A stretch of 64,000 nt of DNA from Octopus sinensis (GCF_006345805.1 NC_043007.1:68448001-68512000), one strand, 5' to 3'. Positions 1-13,624 are shown, counted from the first letter of the stretch. A program made the numbers and translations. The notes: a model not told the origin generated them from the letters alone.

Positions 1-167
1 TACGACAGGCTTCTTTTCAGTTTCCGTCTACCAAATCCACTCACAAGGCTTTGGTCGGCCCGAGGCTATAGTAGAAGACACTTGCCCAAAGTGCCACGCA
101 ATGGGACTGAACCCGGAACCATGTGGTTGGTAAGCAAGCTACCTACCACACAGCCACTCCTGCGCCT
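1..167 (-). mobile_element. tRNA-derived SINE family A, 5' head (tRNA-like plus CORE-like region), cut by window edge
   Basis: Reverse strand reads GGCGCAGGAGTGGCTGTGTGG (A box) ... GGTTCAGTCCC (B box) ... TTGGGCAAGTGTCTT (CORE-like). Same sequence recurs at 25107, 26260, 49045. Confidence 0.85.
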
Positions 168-524
168 ATATAGCCACATTCTATAATTTGTTTCTTTTTT
201 ATGGGCAGAATCAGCATACGTGGGGTGTGAAACAAACAACTCTTCTTTATAAACATGTTTTCCGGTCATTTTGTGATGAACAATGCTGACATTTTTGACA
301 CCAAAAACATGTACAATGGCAGCTTACATTTGAATGAAATCCTTATATCGCCCCCAAAATGACCTAGACTTACCGATTTAAAGAACTGGATGGCGTATGT
401 GGACGTAGAGGTATCTGTATTGCAGAAAGAAAGGTACATGTAAAAAAAGCTACTTCAGTGGGAAAAGCATCATCTCTGTAATGTTTGGGAATAATGCACA
501 CTTCAACATATATTAAGTGAAGCC

Positions 525-1250
525 GACAATGCTTCTGGGTAAACTATGTTTTGCATAAGTTTAGTGTTGGTAGAACAAATATACATGTCATCTGCACTGC
601 TAACTCGAGAGCATGCATCATATAGTTGTCCATTAAAAAAGCAGAGTATTTGTAAATTATGACCCATAATTTTTAAAGTTTGACCCTAGGCTTTGTAGAT
701 CGTCATAGTGAAACACAATCGCAATGGGAACTGGAGGCACTTGAACTGAAATGACACATTTGATGGAATAAGGGTTATGCATGGAATGTATGTGATCTCC
801 CATCGATGACAGCCGAAAATAATGGTTGATTCTAGGACATGACTTGTCATTGTAGTTACATTCAATTTTGTACCATTTCATAGTCGTGGTGGGTCCAAAT
901 TTCCCAAGAGCATGATAGGAAAATTATAAGAAAACCTTGGCTTAGGAAAACTAATGCGATGGCAGTCTTGTGGGTTGTGGAGAGTTGAGAAATTCAACTG
1001 GATACTCAACAGTGGCATGTTCGTCGATGGTAGTATCAATGGAGACAACCGTTGAAGCATCTCCAGGTAGAATGTGGAGGAGTTCATGGTTTATTTTATC
1101 AACGCTTTCATTCCGAGGTGCTAATATAGCTCTCTCTCTGAACCATGCTATGTTTTTGATGTTGTCTTGCAATGTGAGAAATACCTTTTCTTTAAGCTCG
1201 GCCAATGTAGACACTATGTGCCCACATAGCAAAGGCACCATTTCCCATTT
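525..1250 (-). pseudogene. Helitron RepHel PIF1-like helicase C-terminal fragment with frameshifts and stops
   Basis: Minus-strand motifs WFRERAILAPRNESVDKIN, YPVEFLNS, IMLLGNLDPPRL, QFPLRLCFTMTIYKA*GQTL, GQLYDACSRV, NIVYPEAL in collinear order across frames. Confidence 0.9.
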
Positions 1251-3149
1251 GTAGAAGTTGATAAAGAAAATTCCTCAGCTACGGAGTCGTTGTAGAGATG
1301 AGCTCGCATACTGATGCTCAATGAAAGCTGACGAACAAACCTCTACATAGGTGAAAACGTCAGAGTCACATATATGTTATATTTGACGTAAATCCCTTCC
1401 GAGGACGTAATTTAAGCCTCCCCATAACGGCAGTATTGTTTCTAATATCCCTTATTAGGGCTTCTAGTGCACCATGGTGTACCATCGTGCATTCATCCCG
1501 ACAATAAGTGTAGTTTAGAGCAGAACAACCGCTGTCGGTGATCGTTTTGAAATATTACACATTTGGGCAGCGCTGAAGTGAGTTTTCTTGAGCACGAATA
1601 GAGGCAGCTTTATTAGCAGCCCTTACTTGTGGAGATAAGAATGTTTTCGTTTTACTGGCATGGCTGAAAAGAGCGAAAGATTAAGGAACATATGAGATGG
1701 AAGACATAGCAATTTGAATTTGTGCATTGTATAATTTCATATTTTTGTAACGAATGAAAAGATGTGGAAAAATTCATATATCAATTTGTATACCGTTATT
1801 GTGAGAAGCAGTAAACTGTGAATGATTTGGCTATATTCTGTATTCATATACGTAATGCATTCTGTTAGCTGATATATAGTGGAGTGGATTACTGGCGTAA
1901 TGGAAGTTATTGTTTGTCCAGGAGTAAAGAATGGGTGTGTGTAAAATTTGCATGAAATGATTTGTGTTAAGAAGGATCACATACTATGTACTATTTCATC
2001 GAATAAAATGGTGTTAATATGATTTTCCCAGAAATCAATTTTCAAAATTATACTAGCCCCTCCCCGCTAGAATTTCCAAATTTTTAACTGTTTTACGAAT
2101 TTCGTTTTTTATCCATGTGGAAAAATACAGAGATTACGAATGTGGGAAATATAATTTGTTTTTTGAAAATTTAAGTTTTCTGAAAGAAATTCTGGGTGCT
2201 CCTTCCCCCACCTCGGCCAACCATCAGCTAACGGCTTTGGGGCGAAATGCAAATCTCCTGTATTGAATTCATTGAATACATGTGAGTAAATTGAGGAAAG
2301 AAATAAGTGTGTTGGGGGCTGTAAGCAAATGTTATCTCGGACATGCTAGAAACAACAGGTAAAGGGCAGGTTTTCTGAGATAACTTCCTTGTAAGTTTAA
2401 ATGGAAGGTCAGGTTTTGAAATATGCTCATCACAAACAGGAATGACATAAATAGAAAAAGGTAATTTCCATAGGATTTGAGCTGTAATTTAATGCACAGC
2501 AAAAAATACCATAGTTCATACAGAACACTAACTCTGTGTGTGTGTGCCAAAGGAAGTTATTTTTGCATACCTTTCGAATTACAAAAGAAGGAAATGTAGT
2601 GAAGTTGTAAACATGTTTAGAGCATCAGGTTTCTGCACATTGTAATGAGAAATTGAAAGAGAAAGATAATAGCTAATTCTACGCACGCGTGTAACATGGG
2701 ACGAAAGTGAAAATGACCTTAAAATTGTACGACACGACCTCATTTTGGGTTTCCCGGCGTCCCCTTCTCTCCCGTTTCCATCTCTCTTTCTGCTGGCTTT
2801 CTTTCACCTTCACCTATAGAACATACAGTATCAATTTTGTGCTGGCTGTCTTCCACTTTCAACTAAAGAATATACACAGGGTATGAAACATCAGCATCTG
2901 TCTCTCACTCGCTATCCGTCTTTCAACTTCTTCGATAGAAACTTTTCCTCTGTGTCTGTTTCTTTCTCTTGTCTCTCTGTCTTTTTCTGATTCTGCGATT
3001 CAGTCGGTCATTCTGTAAAAATTTATTTCTTTATGCTTAAAAGAGAGTAAAAGTTGAAAGAAAATAGAAAGCGAAAAGGGAGAGAGGGAGCAGAAGGTGA
3101 AGGAAATGAGAAAGTGAAAGGTGTATGTACGTGTATATGAAATGGACAT

Positions 3150-3183
3150 GTGTGTGTTTGCTTGTTTGTTTGTGTGTGTGTGC

Positions 3184-3232
<49 letters not shown>

Positions 3233-3690
3233 AGGGAGAGAGAGTGAGAGAGAGGGAGAGAGAGATAGAGTGAGTGAGTGGAGGTGTGTGCCGTGATGAT
3301 GGATGTCTTTTAAGATACACACACATATAAAAAATGTAACGTCATTGTCGTCGTCATCGTACAAAATGTTTACTATAGTTACTTTACGGAAGAGTTTATA
3401 ATCTAAAATTTTTCCAATGCAAATATGTCAATGAAATATGTTAATTGGTAGCGGAACGAGTACGTCAAAATCGCAACTCGGTTTTGAAATGCATAAGGAA
3501 CATACACACACACACATACAAACTCTCTTTTATAGATATAGATACAAGCACACACACACACTCACACACACACACAACACACACACACATACACACACAC
3601 ACATATATATATAAATGTATATCCATATACGCTAACACACACAAATATATATGTATACACATACATGTATATATGTATAAATATACGGGT
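3150..3690. repeat. (GA)n, (CA)n and (TA)n microsatellite cluster
   Basis: Directly visible simple repeats. Confidence 0.9.
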
Positions 3691-4249
3691 ATGTTAGAAT
3701 AGCGCGTGTGCATAATGTATAATCGAAGTTTATATTCTGTTAGAGTGTTCAACAAGAGTTGAAAAATTAGTTGGGGTTATGGTCAACAAAGCTGTACAAA
3801 ATATGTAAAGGGGAGAATTAACCAGGAATATCGATATGAAGCACATATCTATGCATTCACCTTTACATTAAACTTTACACATATATACATACATTCATAC
3901 ATACGAGTATGAATGAAAGTATTTTCTCTCTCTTTCTATCTTGCTATCTATCCATGTAGCTATACACACACGCACACATTCAAACAAACAAACACACACA
4001 CATATTATATAAGTACTTGTGTATGTATATATGTATTTGAACTTCAGATTTGCATACTTCTTCCTGTTGCTAGACTATTGATTAGCCTGTAGAGCAATGA
4101 AGGCATTCCTTTTGCTGTTGATTTGTTGAAGTGCCAGGTGGAAGAAGGAATACTTTAAGGATTTGCCGAACTAACCTATCCCCTTTAACCAACATGTAGT
4201 AAACAACATCCTACAATAACAAGTGGGACATTCCCTCGGCATATTCCGA

Positions 4250-5230
4250 ACTCTAGATGAGGTCAGATGAGGTCAGAGAATGCTTAAAAATAACAAAGCT
4301 GCTGGACCGGATGGAATACTAATTGAGGTCTTCAAATCAGGAGATTGATTACCATTTTCATCAACTTCTGACCAAAATGAGGAAATGTCACCTGGTCTCA
4401 GAGATTCAAGCTTTGGAAACTATCGATTCAAGCTTTGGAAACTATCGATGAGTTTCCTTGTTAGCAACTGCAGGGAAGACCCTGATCCTTCGCGTGAAAA
4501 AGGATTGAAGCAGGTTGCTGAGAAGACCCTTTCAGAACGTGAACTTATTTCAGGGCATCATATGGAACTATAGATATGATTTTTCCATGCGAAACAGGAA
4601 GAGAAATGCCGTGAACAACTTCAACATTTGCTCATGGCAGTTATTGGTCTTACGAAGCCTTTCAACTCAGTTTCGAGAGAACTCCTGAGGAACATCTTAT
4701 CCATCTACGGTGCCCGAAAAAAACATACGAATTCTTCGTATTCTCCATAAAAAATCTTCATTGAAGTTCTCATCATCCTGAAACAGTTGTAATGAAATGA
4801 TAAGGATGCAAAGCAACCGTCTACCGAAGCGGACTTTCCACTCCCAACTAAAAGAAGGAAAACAAACCAGAAGAGGGTAGAAGAAAATATACATAGATCT
4901 CCTGAAAGCCAACTTCTAGAAATGTAATATTGACATCGACGATTAAGAGAGAAATGTTCAAGATAAAAAACGCTGGAAATCCATCATCAAAGATGGACGA
5001 AGAACTATTGAGTCCGGTAGGACTGCCAAAATAAAGGAAAAGTGAAGATGCAGAAAAACATAGACAAGAACAACGAAGAAGGGACCTTTCATCCGGTATC
5101 ACCTGTCCCGCTTGTGGAAGTATCTTCCAAGCTAGATCTGGATTCATCAGTCACCTCACATTCCATTAATGGCAATTAAAAACAAAGACCATCATCTTCG
5201 ATGTGGAGGGATAGCAATGACGATGATATT
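4250..5230 (+). mobile_element. RTE-clade LINE remnant (partial RT plus C-terminus, internally deleted)
   Basis: Fragments LKNNKAAGPDGILIEVFK, EKCREQ..HLLMAVIGLTKPFNSVSRELL, RLPKRTFHSQLKEGK and terminal zinc finger CPACGSIFQARSGFISHL..H; ends in GATGAC/GATGAT-like repeats. Confidence 0.8.
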
Positions 5231-5371
5231 TTGTCTCATGCTATTCTGAATTCCTTGCTACTGATGGTCCTACGAACACTGCACCAGACTGACACAGTCA
5301 AAATAATAATCTCAACTATATTATTGAGTATTGTCTCCCGACAGAGTGAACATTAAGCACCACCACCCCAT

Positions 5372-5417
<46 letters not shown>

Positions 5418-6142
5418 TACATGCATACAAACACACATACATATGTTCACATATATATTCGTGTATTCTCTCTCTTTCTATATATAATATATATACATAC
5501 ATACATACATATGGACGTATCTATATACACGCTCGCCCCCACCATATATATATAGATATGCTGGTCAACAATATAGGAATACTTAATGATATTCTGTTCA
5601 TGATCCTTAACTCAGTATAACGTTTATTATATCTGTCTTCTATCTATTTATCTTTCATATTCCGGTTATTCGTAATTGGTAAACAAAACACTTTGAATCT
5701 GTATAGTATTTTGAAATATATATGTTATTATGGGAGTCACCAGTATTCAAAGTAATCAAAGTAGATGAAGCGTGAATTACTGCAATAACGTCGGCATAGT
5801 GATGTATTTATAACCAGGAACATCGAACATTTTCCAGATATGTTTAGTTCAGTATCCTAAGTAGGTTAATACTACCATTATAAGCAAACAAAGTACACTC
5901 CGAACAGCTTGCAATACTTTGCTCAAGCTATCTAATGGAACTCTTATACAACAAACTTCTAATATTACTTTCCTTTAATTTGGTTAATACAATCATTATA
6001 CGACTTAGATTGAAAAGTTGTGTACATGTTAGTTAATATAATTGTGATATGATTGTAATACATATAACTTTCATTGTGAAATAAGTTAGATTGAAGAAGT
6101 TATTTAAGTAGTTTGCATCTTTGTGTAATAGATACTTAATAT

Positions 6143-6441
6143 AATTACCTCCGCCGTAGCGAAGGTGGAAGTATTGTTTTTAGTCGTATTTGTGTGTTTG
6201 TTTCTCCGTAGACAAGATATCTCAAGAACCCCTGGATGGATTCTGATGAAACTTTCTAGGATTTTTGGTCTCGTGACTGGTACAAACGAATTTGATTTTG
6301 GAATTGATCCAGTAGCGGACAAGGATTCTGGATTACTTTTCCGTTTTCTTTTTAATTAATTTTTTAGAGCGGTCGGGTCCATTTTTAGTATTCCCGTTTG
6401 TGAGAGCAGTAGAGTTTATTTCAGATAATCTCATTTTAAAG

Positions 6442-6442
<1 letters not shown>
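6143..6442 (+). mobile_element. Non-autonomous DNA element fragment (HINE/Helentron-like)
   Basis: Starts TTACCTCCGCC-hairpin-GGTGGA, then a GTTTGT-type tract and GGATTCTGATGAAACTT, an organisation typical of DINE-1/HINE-like elements. Family call is from memory. Confidence 0.45.
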
Positions 6443-6481
<39 letters not shown>

Positions 6482-6714
6482 AAGGGGTTTGTATGATTGT
6501 GCATAGAGGGACCTATATTAATCAAAGAAATTCCGGCTCTGTTTTCTATGTTTTATTTATACTCTTTATAATAGTAATGTAGAATATAGAATATATAGTA
6601 TAAATAATATATAAATATAGTAAAATGAAATGAAGTATTAATTGTCTTATTGAATAGATGAAATGTTGAATATAAAACATTAGGGGACTAGTTTACTTTC
6701 AAGCGTTATAGCAG

Positions 6715-7658
6715 TATTCAAGGTCCCAGGTTGCGACAGGAGTGTTTCACAGATGAGTTTCGTTCAACTTCGTTCAACTTCTGCGGCCGAGCGTTGTCGT
6801 GGAGAAGAATTGATGCTTTTCTATTGACCAATACTAGCTGTTGCTGTCGGAGTTTTTTTATGCATTTCATCCATTTGCTGACAGTACTTCTCCGCCGTAA
6901 TGCTTTCGCCTGGATCCAAAAAGCTGTGATGGATGAGACCGGCCGCAGAACACCAAACAGTTATCATGAGCTTCTTTTGCTACAACTTTGGCCTCGGGAA
7001 GTGCCACGGAGCTTCGTCGGCGTTCAACCACTGAGCTGAGCTCCCCGATTGTCGTAAAGAATCCACTTTTCATCGCAAGTCACAATCCGGTCGAGAAATG
7101 GGTCGTTCTTGCTGCGTAAAAGAAGAGAAGAGGATACTTTTTGGGGGGAGGGGGTTGTCATTCAATTTGTGCGGCATCAATTTCTCAAGTATTTTTGTTT
7201 TTCCAGTCCCTCTCAAGTGGTTGGAAATTGTCGTATACGTAACGTCTAATTCAGAAGAAAGCTCTCGATCAGTTGTGCGTGGATTGGCTTCGACTAAGGC
7301 TCTTAGTTGATCGTTGGCAATATTCGATGGCCGACCACTACGTTTATCATCTTTGAGACTCTCGTCACCGCTACGAAATTTCTTGAACCACCATTGTGCT
7401 GTACGTTCATTAGTGGTTCCTGGGCCAAACCCATCGTTGATATCGCGAACTGTTTCAGCAGCTTTTCGGCCTAGTTTGAACTGGAATAAGAAAATTATGC
7501 GAATTTGCTTTTTGTCCATATTGTATTCAACGTTCCAGAAAAATGGCCTAAATATTCAAAAAGGAAAATAGTTACACGATTAGATAGAGTGACAAACGGG
7601 CTTTAAAATTATATATAAAGTCAAAGTAATTTTACGAAAATTAATTTGAAAACACATC

Positions 7659-7660
<2 letters not shown>
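6715..7660 (-). mobile_element. mariner transposon remnant (Hsmar1/SETMAR-like transposase, frameshifted, 3' truncated)
   Basis: ORF 7070-7519 MDKKQIRIIFLFQFKLGRKAAETVRDIN..WWFKKFRSGDESLKDDKRSGRP (HTH); downstream CDEKWILYDN-like region in another frame. Confidence 0.9.
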
Positions 7661-7737
<77 letters not shown>

Positions 7738-7920
7738 CAAAGTGAAGTTGTAAGGTAACGCACGAGTGGAAATATATATGAAAGAAGGTTTGAAAATACA
7801 ATTTTAAAAGATGTTTATTCAGTTGACCGGTTTCACTTTTTCAGAAAAAGATTGTCAAATATAACATGTAAAAGCTTTATTGTGTTAAGTCCTGGTTGTC
7901 ACAAAAAATTACAAAACGTA

Positions 7921-7954
7921 TTTATCCCCTGGAGTTACCGCGTACACCAGCTAG
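7921..7954 (+). mobile_element. Helitron-type 3' terminus (short hairpin then CTAG before T)
   Basis: CCCCTGGAGTTACCGCGTACACCAGCTAG|T; near-identical in reverse to 8176-8208. Confidence 0.5.
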
Positions 7955-7961
7955 TATATAT

Positions 7962-8005
<44 letters not shown>

Positions 8006-8098
8006 GTGTGTGTGTATGTATATATATATATATATAGAGAGAGAGAGATAGATAGATAGATACGTGTGCGTGCGTATGTATATATACATACATACATG

Positions 8099-8163
<65 letters not shown>

Positions 8164-8176
8164 ATGTATATATATA

Positions 8177-9250
8177 CTAACTGGTGTACACGGTAATTCC
8201 GGGGGTAAAGATGTTCTGTTGAAATGCCTTATTACTCTGATATAAGAAAGCAATTTCGTTATAACTGCCACGAAAGGTGTATTTTCCTTAAAGGAAAAGT
8301 ACAAAAACTCTCAGCTAGAGGAGGGAGAGATTCCTGGAGGTTGGCGAGAGAGGTTGTCGGATCTTGGCAAGAGAAGTCGTCGGAGGTTGTCTAGAGAGGT
8401 TGTCGAGAGAAGTTTTCGGAGGTTGGTGAGAGAGGTTGATGTTCACTGAAAAACTGTTGTTTTACTGTGAGAAAAGCGCTGTTGAAGAGTTAAGTGAAAT
8501 TTGGCCATCGAGGATCGAATCCACGCTATGTCTGCATGAAGCCACTACAAATACATTGTGAAATAAAACATTTATCTACTGTCATAGAGAAAGTGTAACT
8601 ATAGAAATGTAGAATTATCTGTATAATGGTCATTCAAAAAAGAAGTGCAATAATAATGTGAGTAGTGAAATGCAAAATTAGGTCGGCTGATCGTGAGAAT
8701 CAAATATTGATCGCATCACTAAATACTGCAGGTGGTATGGGTTGTTTCACTTGGGTTGCTTAAATAAAATATTAGTAATATGTAGTACATAGGAGGATCC
8801 ATTGGATGGGCCCTATTATCGATTTTTTCAACAATCTAAGAATGTCACGAGGCTTCCAGATATGAGTTCTACTCACGTGTCTAATAAAGTAAAAGTGTTA
8901 TATTGTCAGCAAAAATCAGAAATTGGGCACACAAAAAATCAATATTCGAAGTAATCGAACATAAACAATGAAATTGATTATTTCCCTTGGGTGTTTAAAA
9001 ATATATTGTGCAGGTGCTATGGGTCATTTCCCTCGGGCGTTTAAAAAAATTAATTATATGAGGTAGATATAAAGGTCCCTTCCAGGGGCCGTATTATAGA
9101 CTTTTTCAACAATCTAAGTATGTGACGAGGTTTCCAGACATGAGTTCTACTCACGTGTCACGTTTCATCAAAATCAATAAAACGATGTAGGAGGAGTTAG
9201 ATAACAACGCCACAAACAAACACACACCGATTTTCGACATATGTTGTAGA
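8177..9250 (-). mobile_element. Non-autonomous Helitron-like element with internal ~160 bp duplication
   Basis: Minus strand begins A|TCTAC and ends with hairpin plus CCAGTTAG|T; GTTT/GTGT tract near 5' end; duplicated blocks ~8725-8885 and ~9008-9162; short GAGAGGTTGTC tandem repeats at 8335-8440. Confidence 0.6.
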
Positions 9251-9957
9251 TACACACATACACACATGCACACACGAATACAGAATAGGCTCAATGCCAC
9301 GATGATGTCTGAAATTTTAATAAATAATTTTAATGATCTTTTTGTAACGTACGAGTTGTAATTTCTTGTAGAAGATTTTTCACACGTTTTTTCCTATATG
9401 TAATATATTCTTTCCCATCATATTATAAATTTAAAACGAGAAAGCATGGGAAATATTAAATATGGAAACATTTCGTGACATTAGCCCAAGTTATATATGT
9501 ATATATGTGTGTGTGTGGTGTGTGTGTGTGTGCGTGCGCGTGTGTGTGTGTGTGTATATGGAAGTGGAGGGTGACAATGTATGTGTTTGCGTGTGTGTGT
9601 ATATACATATCAATGTATGTGTGTAGGTACAAATGCGTGTTTCTATATCCACATATGTGGATATTGCAACGAATATATCTTTGTACATATACTGATAAAT
9701 ATGCTTATGTAAACAGACATGCACGTGTACACATGCAAATACACACATATACACACGCGCGTGCACGCACACACACGCATATGTAGGTTCTTGTGTACAA
9801 AGTATACAGGTAAACTTTCAAAATAAATTACATATATATATATATACTCAATCATCAGAAGTTACTGCGTGACTCAAAGGCAAGAAATTTCTCACAATGC
9901 ACGAAGCTTTCGGCCTCTCACTTAGTTTTAACTTAAGCCTATCAAATATGTTATATA

Positions 9958-10970
9958 CAGGTGTGGCTGTATGGTAAGAAGTTTGCCTCCCAACCAAATA
10001 CTTCTGCGTTCAGTCCCACTGCGAGGTATCTTGACAAGTATCTTCTGCTACAGCCTCAGGTCGATTTGCTAGACGGAAACTGAAAGTAGCCCGTCGTATG
10101 TATTATGTCTCTTCTAATGTTTGATTACTGAAAATCTTCTACTGAGGAGGGAGCCGGTTTCCAAAACAGACACAAGACTACATCTTTGGGATGTAGTTAA
10201 AACAGACAAATTCACATTTGGAACTTGAGAAAAGTCTTGCATATTTTTACTGTTCCACTCAGAGATTGCACTTGTAATGTACGAATTAGCCGATCGATTT
10301 CTCTTCCTGAAACTCCCAGTTTATCCAGATTCTCCTGTATGCATTACTAACAAAACCTAGTGCTCCAGTTTTAATTGGTATGAATATGAATTCATAGTCT
10401 GGATAAAGAAGCTGGAAGTAACGAAGCAATTGTCCATTGATATATTCTCTTTCTTTTTATTTTCAAAGAGATATTCATATCTGTAGGGCAGCTGACTTCT
10501 ATGATGGTACATACCTTTGTCCCTCTGTCCCAAACAACAATATCCGGCCTGTTACGTTTACATTTGCCAGCCGTTTTGATGGGGATATTCCATCGGTATT
10601 CCTTCAGTTGGTGTTTATGAATGTATTCTATAATAGAGGGATATCCTAAGTTTGTTTCAGGACAGTTTTTTTGCGGATGGCATTGTAAATTGTTTTAGCG
10701 ACAACATCGTATGTATGTATGTTTCTCTGTATGTGTGCATGTATATGCATGTGTGTGTGTGCGCGCGTGTTTGTTTCTAAGTTTGTCACCCACCACCCCA
10801 CACGGGATTGTTCTGTTTTCGCTCTCGTAGTTTAGTGGTTAGGCAAAAGAGACCGATAGAATAAGCACCAAGCTTAAAATGAAAAGAAAAAAATAAGTAC
10901 TAGGGTCAATTTGTTCGACCAGATATCTTCAACGTTGAGCCCCAGGATGACCGGATTCAAATATCTGAAA
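9958..10970 (+). mobile_element. SINE family A split by a LINE insertion (5' half 9958-10103, 3' half 10707-10970)
   Basis: Head GTGGCTGTATGGTAAG..GTTCAGTCCC; body GGCAAAAGAGACCGATAGAATAAG resumes after the insert. Confidence 0.75.
10104..10706 (-). mobile_element. 5'-truncated R4/Dong-like non-LTR element (restriction-like endonuclease domain)
   Basis: Minus strand DVVAKTIYNAI..WNIPIKTAGKCKRNRPDIVVWD..IPIKTGALGFV; flanked by a TCGTATGTAT duplication. Confidence 0.75.
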
Positions 10971-11069
10971 TAATGCATACATACATACATACGTACACAC
11001 ACACACCCACACACATACACACATAGTATTCGCAACCGGAGATATGCAAGTAAGAGTTGAAGTTTAACA

Positions 11070-11312
11070 TATAGTAATCCCTCGACTATCGCGGCTGTTA
11101 CGTTCCAAAAGCCCCTGCGATAGGTGAAAATTTGCGAATTAGAAACAGTACTAAATATTGATTTTTTTTTATTATCTTTATAATTTGTATATATTTATTT
11201 TATTATAAAGGCAAAACAACACTACGAAGGAATCGGCGTAAGCTTAAATAATAAACTGCGATAGGCGAACCGCGATAAGTGAACCGCGATAAGTGAACCG
11301 CGAGGGATTTAT
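11070..11312. mobile_element. Tigger/pogo-like MITE
   Basis: Left end TAGTAATCCCTCGACTATCGCGG; right end CCGCGAGGGATT with repeated GAACCGCGATAAGT subterminal motifs. Confidence 0.7.
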
Positions 11313-11658
11313 TAATTTATTTTATACATTTTACTCGTTTGTAAACACAAGCATTCACTAAATCATATCAGTACGTTTCTGAGTGTATGCATGTTTTTGT
11401 ATATGCGTGTGTGTTTATAGGTTAATTATTATAATTATATCTGTTCATGCTCTCGCGTACAGTCGAAAGGAGCCGATAACGTTATTATCTGAAGTTCGAT
11501 TTTAGTTGCTCGTCTTCACAATAACTTAGTGACTCGGTATTCAAACGCAAACACATGTATAATAATGACCGTCAATAATTGCTATAAATGTTGTACTGTG
11601 GACAATTATATTGATTTTAATAACCATCTGAACCCTTAGAAGGATAATCAGAACACTC

Positions 11659-11699
<41 letters not shown>

Positions 11700-11924
11700 G
11701 TGTGTGTGTGTGTGTGTGTGTGTGAAATATCTCTCTGCATTAGCAAATATTTACTTCTACTCTGATCTGTGTCTCTCTCCCCATCAGTATATTGCAGCAC
11801 TCACGCACATTCACACAAACATGCACACACACACACGTATGAATATGTATGTATGTATGTATGCATGTATGTATGTATGTATGTATGTAAGTATGTATAT
11901 AAAATGCTAATGTATGTATACAAA

Positions 11925-12100
11925 TACTAGTTTCAAGTAATGGTACAAGGCCAGCAATTTTGGAAGGATGAAGTAAGTCAACTACATCATTCCCAGATTT
12001 CAACTGGTACTTTTTTATCGAACCCGAAAAGAAGAAAGACAGAGTAGACCTTGGCGGAATTTGAATCCAGAACGTAAAGACCGACGAAATGCTGCTAAAC
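11925..12100 (-). mobile_element. SINE family B (Meta-domain-like), partial
   Basis: Reverse of CAAATTCCGCCAAGGTCTACTCTGTCTTTC..TTCGGGTTCGATAAAAAAGTACCAG. Confidence 0.7.
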
Positions 12101-12189
12101 CGCGGATAGGAAAGCCTTGTTTTTTTCTTTCGAGTGCTTAAATGCCCCTTTATTAGACTATTTTCCTTAGTCATTGCACGATGATCGTC

Positions 12190-13015
12190 ATAAGCTTATA
12201 TAAAAGTATCATTATTTTATATACATATATACATCTGTTTCGATTCCAATTGCATTGGACAATCTGAAACAAATCAGCAAGGTAAAGAAGCTGGACAATT
12301 GTGTACCACACAAACTGACGGACATCAGATGACATACCGTTTGAAACTTGCTGTTCTTTGCTGTCATGGAATAAAAGCGAGCCATTTTTGCATTGTATTG
12401 TTACGTGTGATGTAAAATGGACTCTTTTCAGCAATAGCAAACATCCTGCACGGTGGTTGGATAGAAACCAAGTGCCTAAATACATTCCAAAAAAGAATTT
12501 TCACCAACAAAAACTAATAGTGTCTGTTTGGTGGTCCAGCAATGGTGTCATCCACTACAACTTCATGAGAACTGGTAAGTCAATTACAGCGGATCCAATT
12601 GGATGAAATGATGAGCGAACTTGCAATTAAAAAAATGAGATTGCTCAACAGAGACAGACAGACTCTCTTGCAAGACAATGCTCGACCACATGTTGCGCAA
12701 AGAACGCTACTCAAGCAAGAGGAACTGAACTTCAAAGTATTGTGTTATCCACCATATTCTCCAGACCTCACACCAACTGACTATCACTGACTGAAAAAAT
12801 TTCAAATCTGAAGAAGATGAAAAAACAGCCTTTCGAGATTTTATCACCTCTTTCTCTCCAGAATTCTTCAGTGTCGGCATAAATAAATTACCGATAAAAT
12901 GGCAAAATTGTGTTAATAATATAAGTATATAATTTGATTAACTGCATTGCTTTTTGTTGAGATAAAGTAAAATAAACTTTCAGTTCAAAATCGACAATTC
13001 ATTTTTAATGACCTA

Positions 13016-13017
<2 letters not shown>
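12190..13017 (+). mobile_element. mariner transposon remnant (catalytic region, frameshifted)
   Basis: IVTCDVKW, VWWSSNGVIHY, LLQDNARPHVA, YPPYSPDLTPTDYH; ends TTTAATGACCTAG-TA. Confidence 0.9.
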
Positions 13018-13019
<2 letters not shown>

Positions 13020-13066
<47 letters not shown>

Positions 13067-13196
13067 ATAAGTGGAAAAAATCTATCTTTTGATAAGCATA
13101 ACAAATGCGCAACCGGTAAAAAGAACTTTCACCTAATTAAATTACTTAAATTACTTAAATTATTTTGTCAGCATTTTCTTCATTTCCTTTTATATA

Positions 13197-13200
<4 letters not shown>
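13020..13200 (+). mobile_element. (TA)n-bounded short element carrying a decayed hammerhead motif (13085-13124)
   Basis: TCTT-TTGATAA-GCAT.aacaa.ATGC-GCAA-CCGG-TA-AAAAGA between TA tracts. Confidence 0.45.
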
Positions 13201-13271
<71 letters not shown>

Positions 13272-13354
13272 CTGTGTCTGTGTGTGTATGTGCGCGCGCG
13301 CGCGCCGTGTAAATAAATATTTATATATAATATATATATATATGCATGTGGGTT

Positions 13355-13560
13355 GGACTAGGGCGGGGGCTGTATGTGTGTATGTGTGTCTTTATGTCTG
13401 TCTCCCACCACCGCTTGACAGCCGTTGTTGATGTGTGTACGTCCCTGTAAATTAGCGCTTCGGTAAAATGAATGAATAGAATCAATACCAGGTGTAGAAA
13501 TACTATTTACCGTTTTTGAATCATTCGATAGGTGGTGCTTCAGCACCGCCGCAGTATAAT
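13355..13560 (+). mobile_element. SINE family A, 3' half
   Basis: CCACCGCTTGACAGCCG..GTCCCTGTAAATTAGCG..GATAGAAT. Confidence 0.7.
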
Positions 13561-13585
13561 GAGTATACACACACACACACACACA

Positions 13586-13624
<39 letters not shown>

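Noticed and set aside
525-1250. Host PIF1 helicase gene
   Set aside because: Intronless, with stops and frameshifts and Helitron-type motifs (YPVEFLNS, NIVYPEAL).
1325-1365. CTGACGA..GAAAACGTC hammerhead-like string
   Set aside because: No stem I, and CTGACG pairs with CGTCAG, sequestering the core.
4403-4450. 22 bp tandem duplication GATTCAAGCTTTGGAAACTATC
   Set aside because: Ordinary slippage duplication within a dead RTE element.
7070-7519. Possible domesticated SETMAR-like gene
   Set aside because: Frameshifted and truncated, no SET domain; ordinary mariner fossil.
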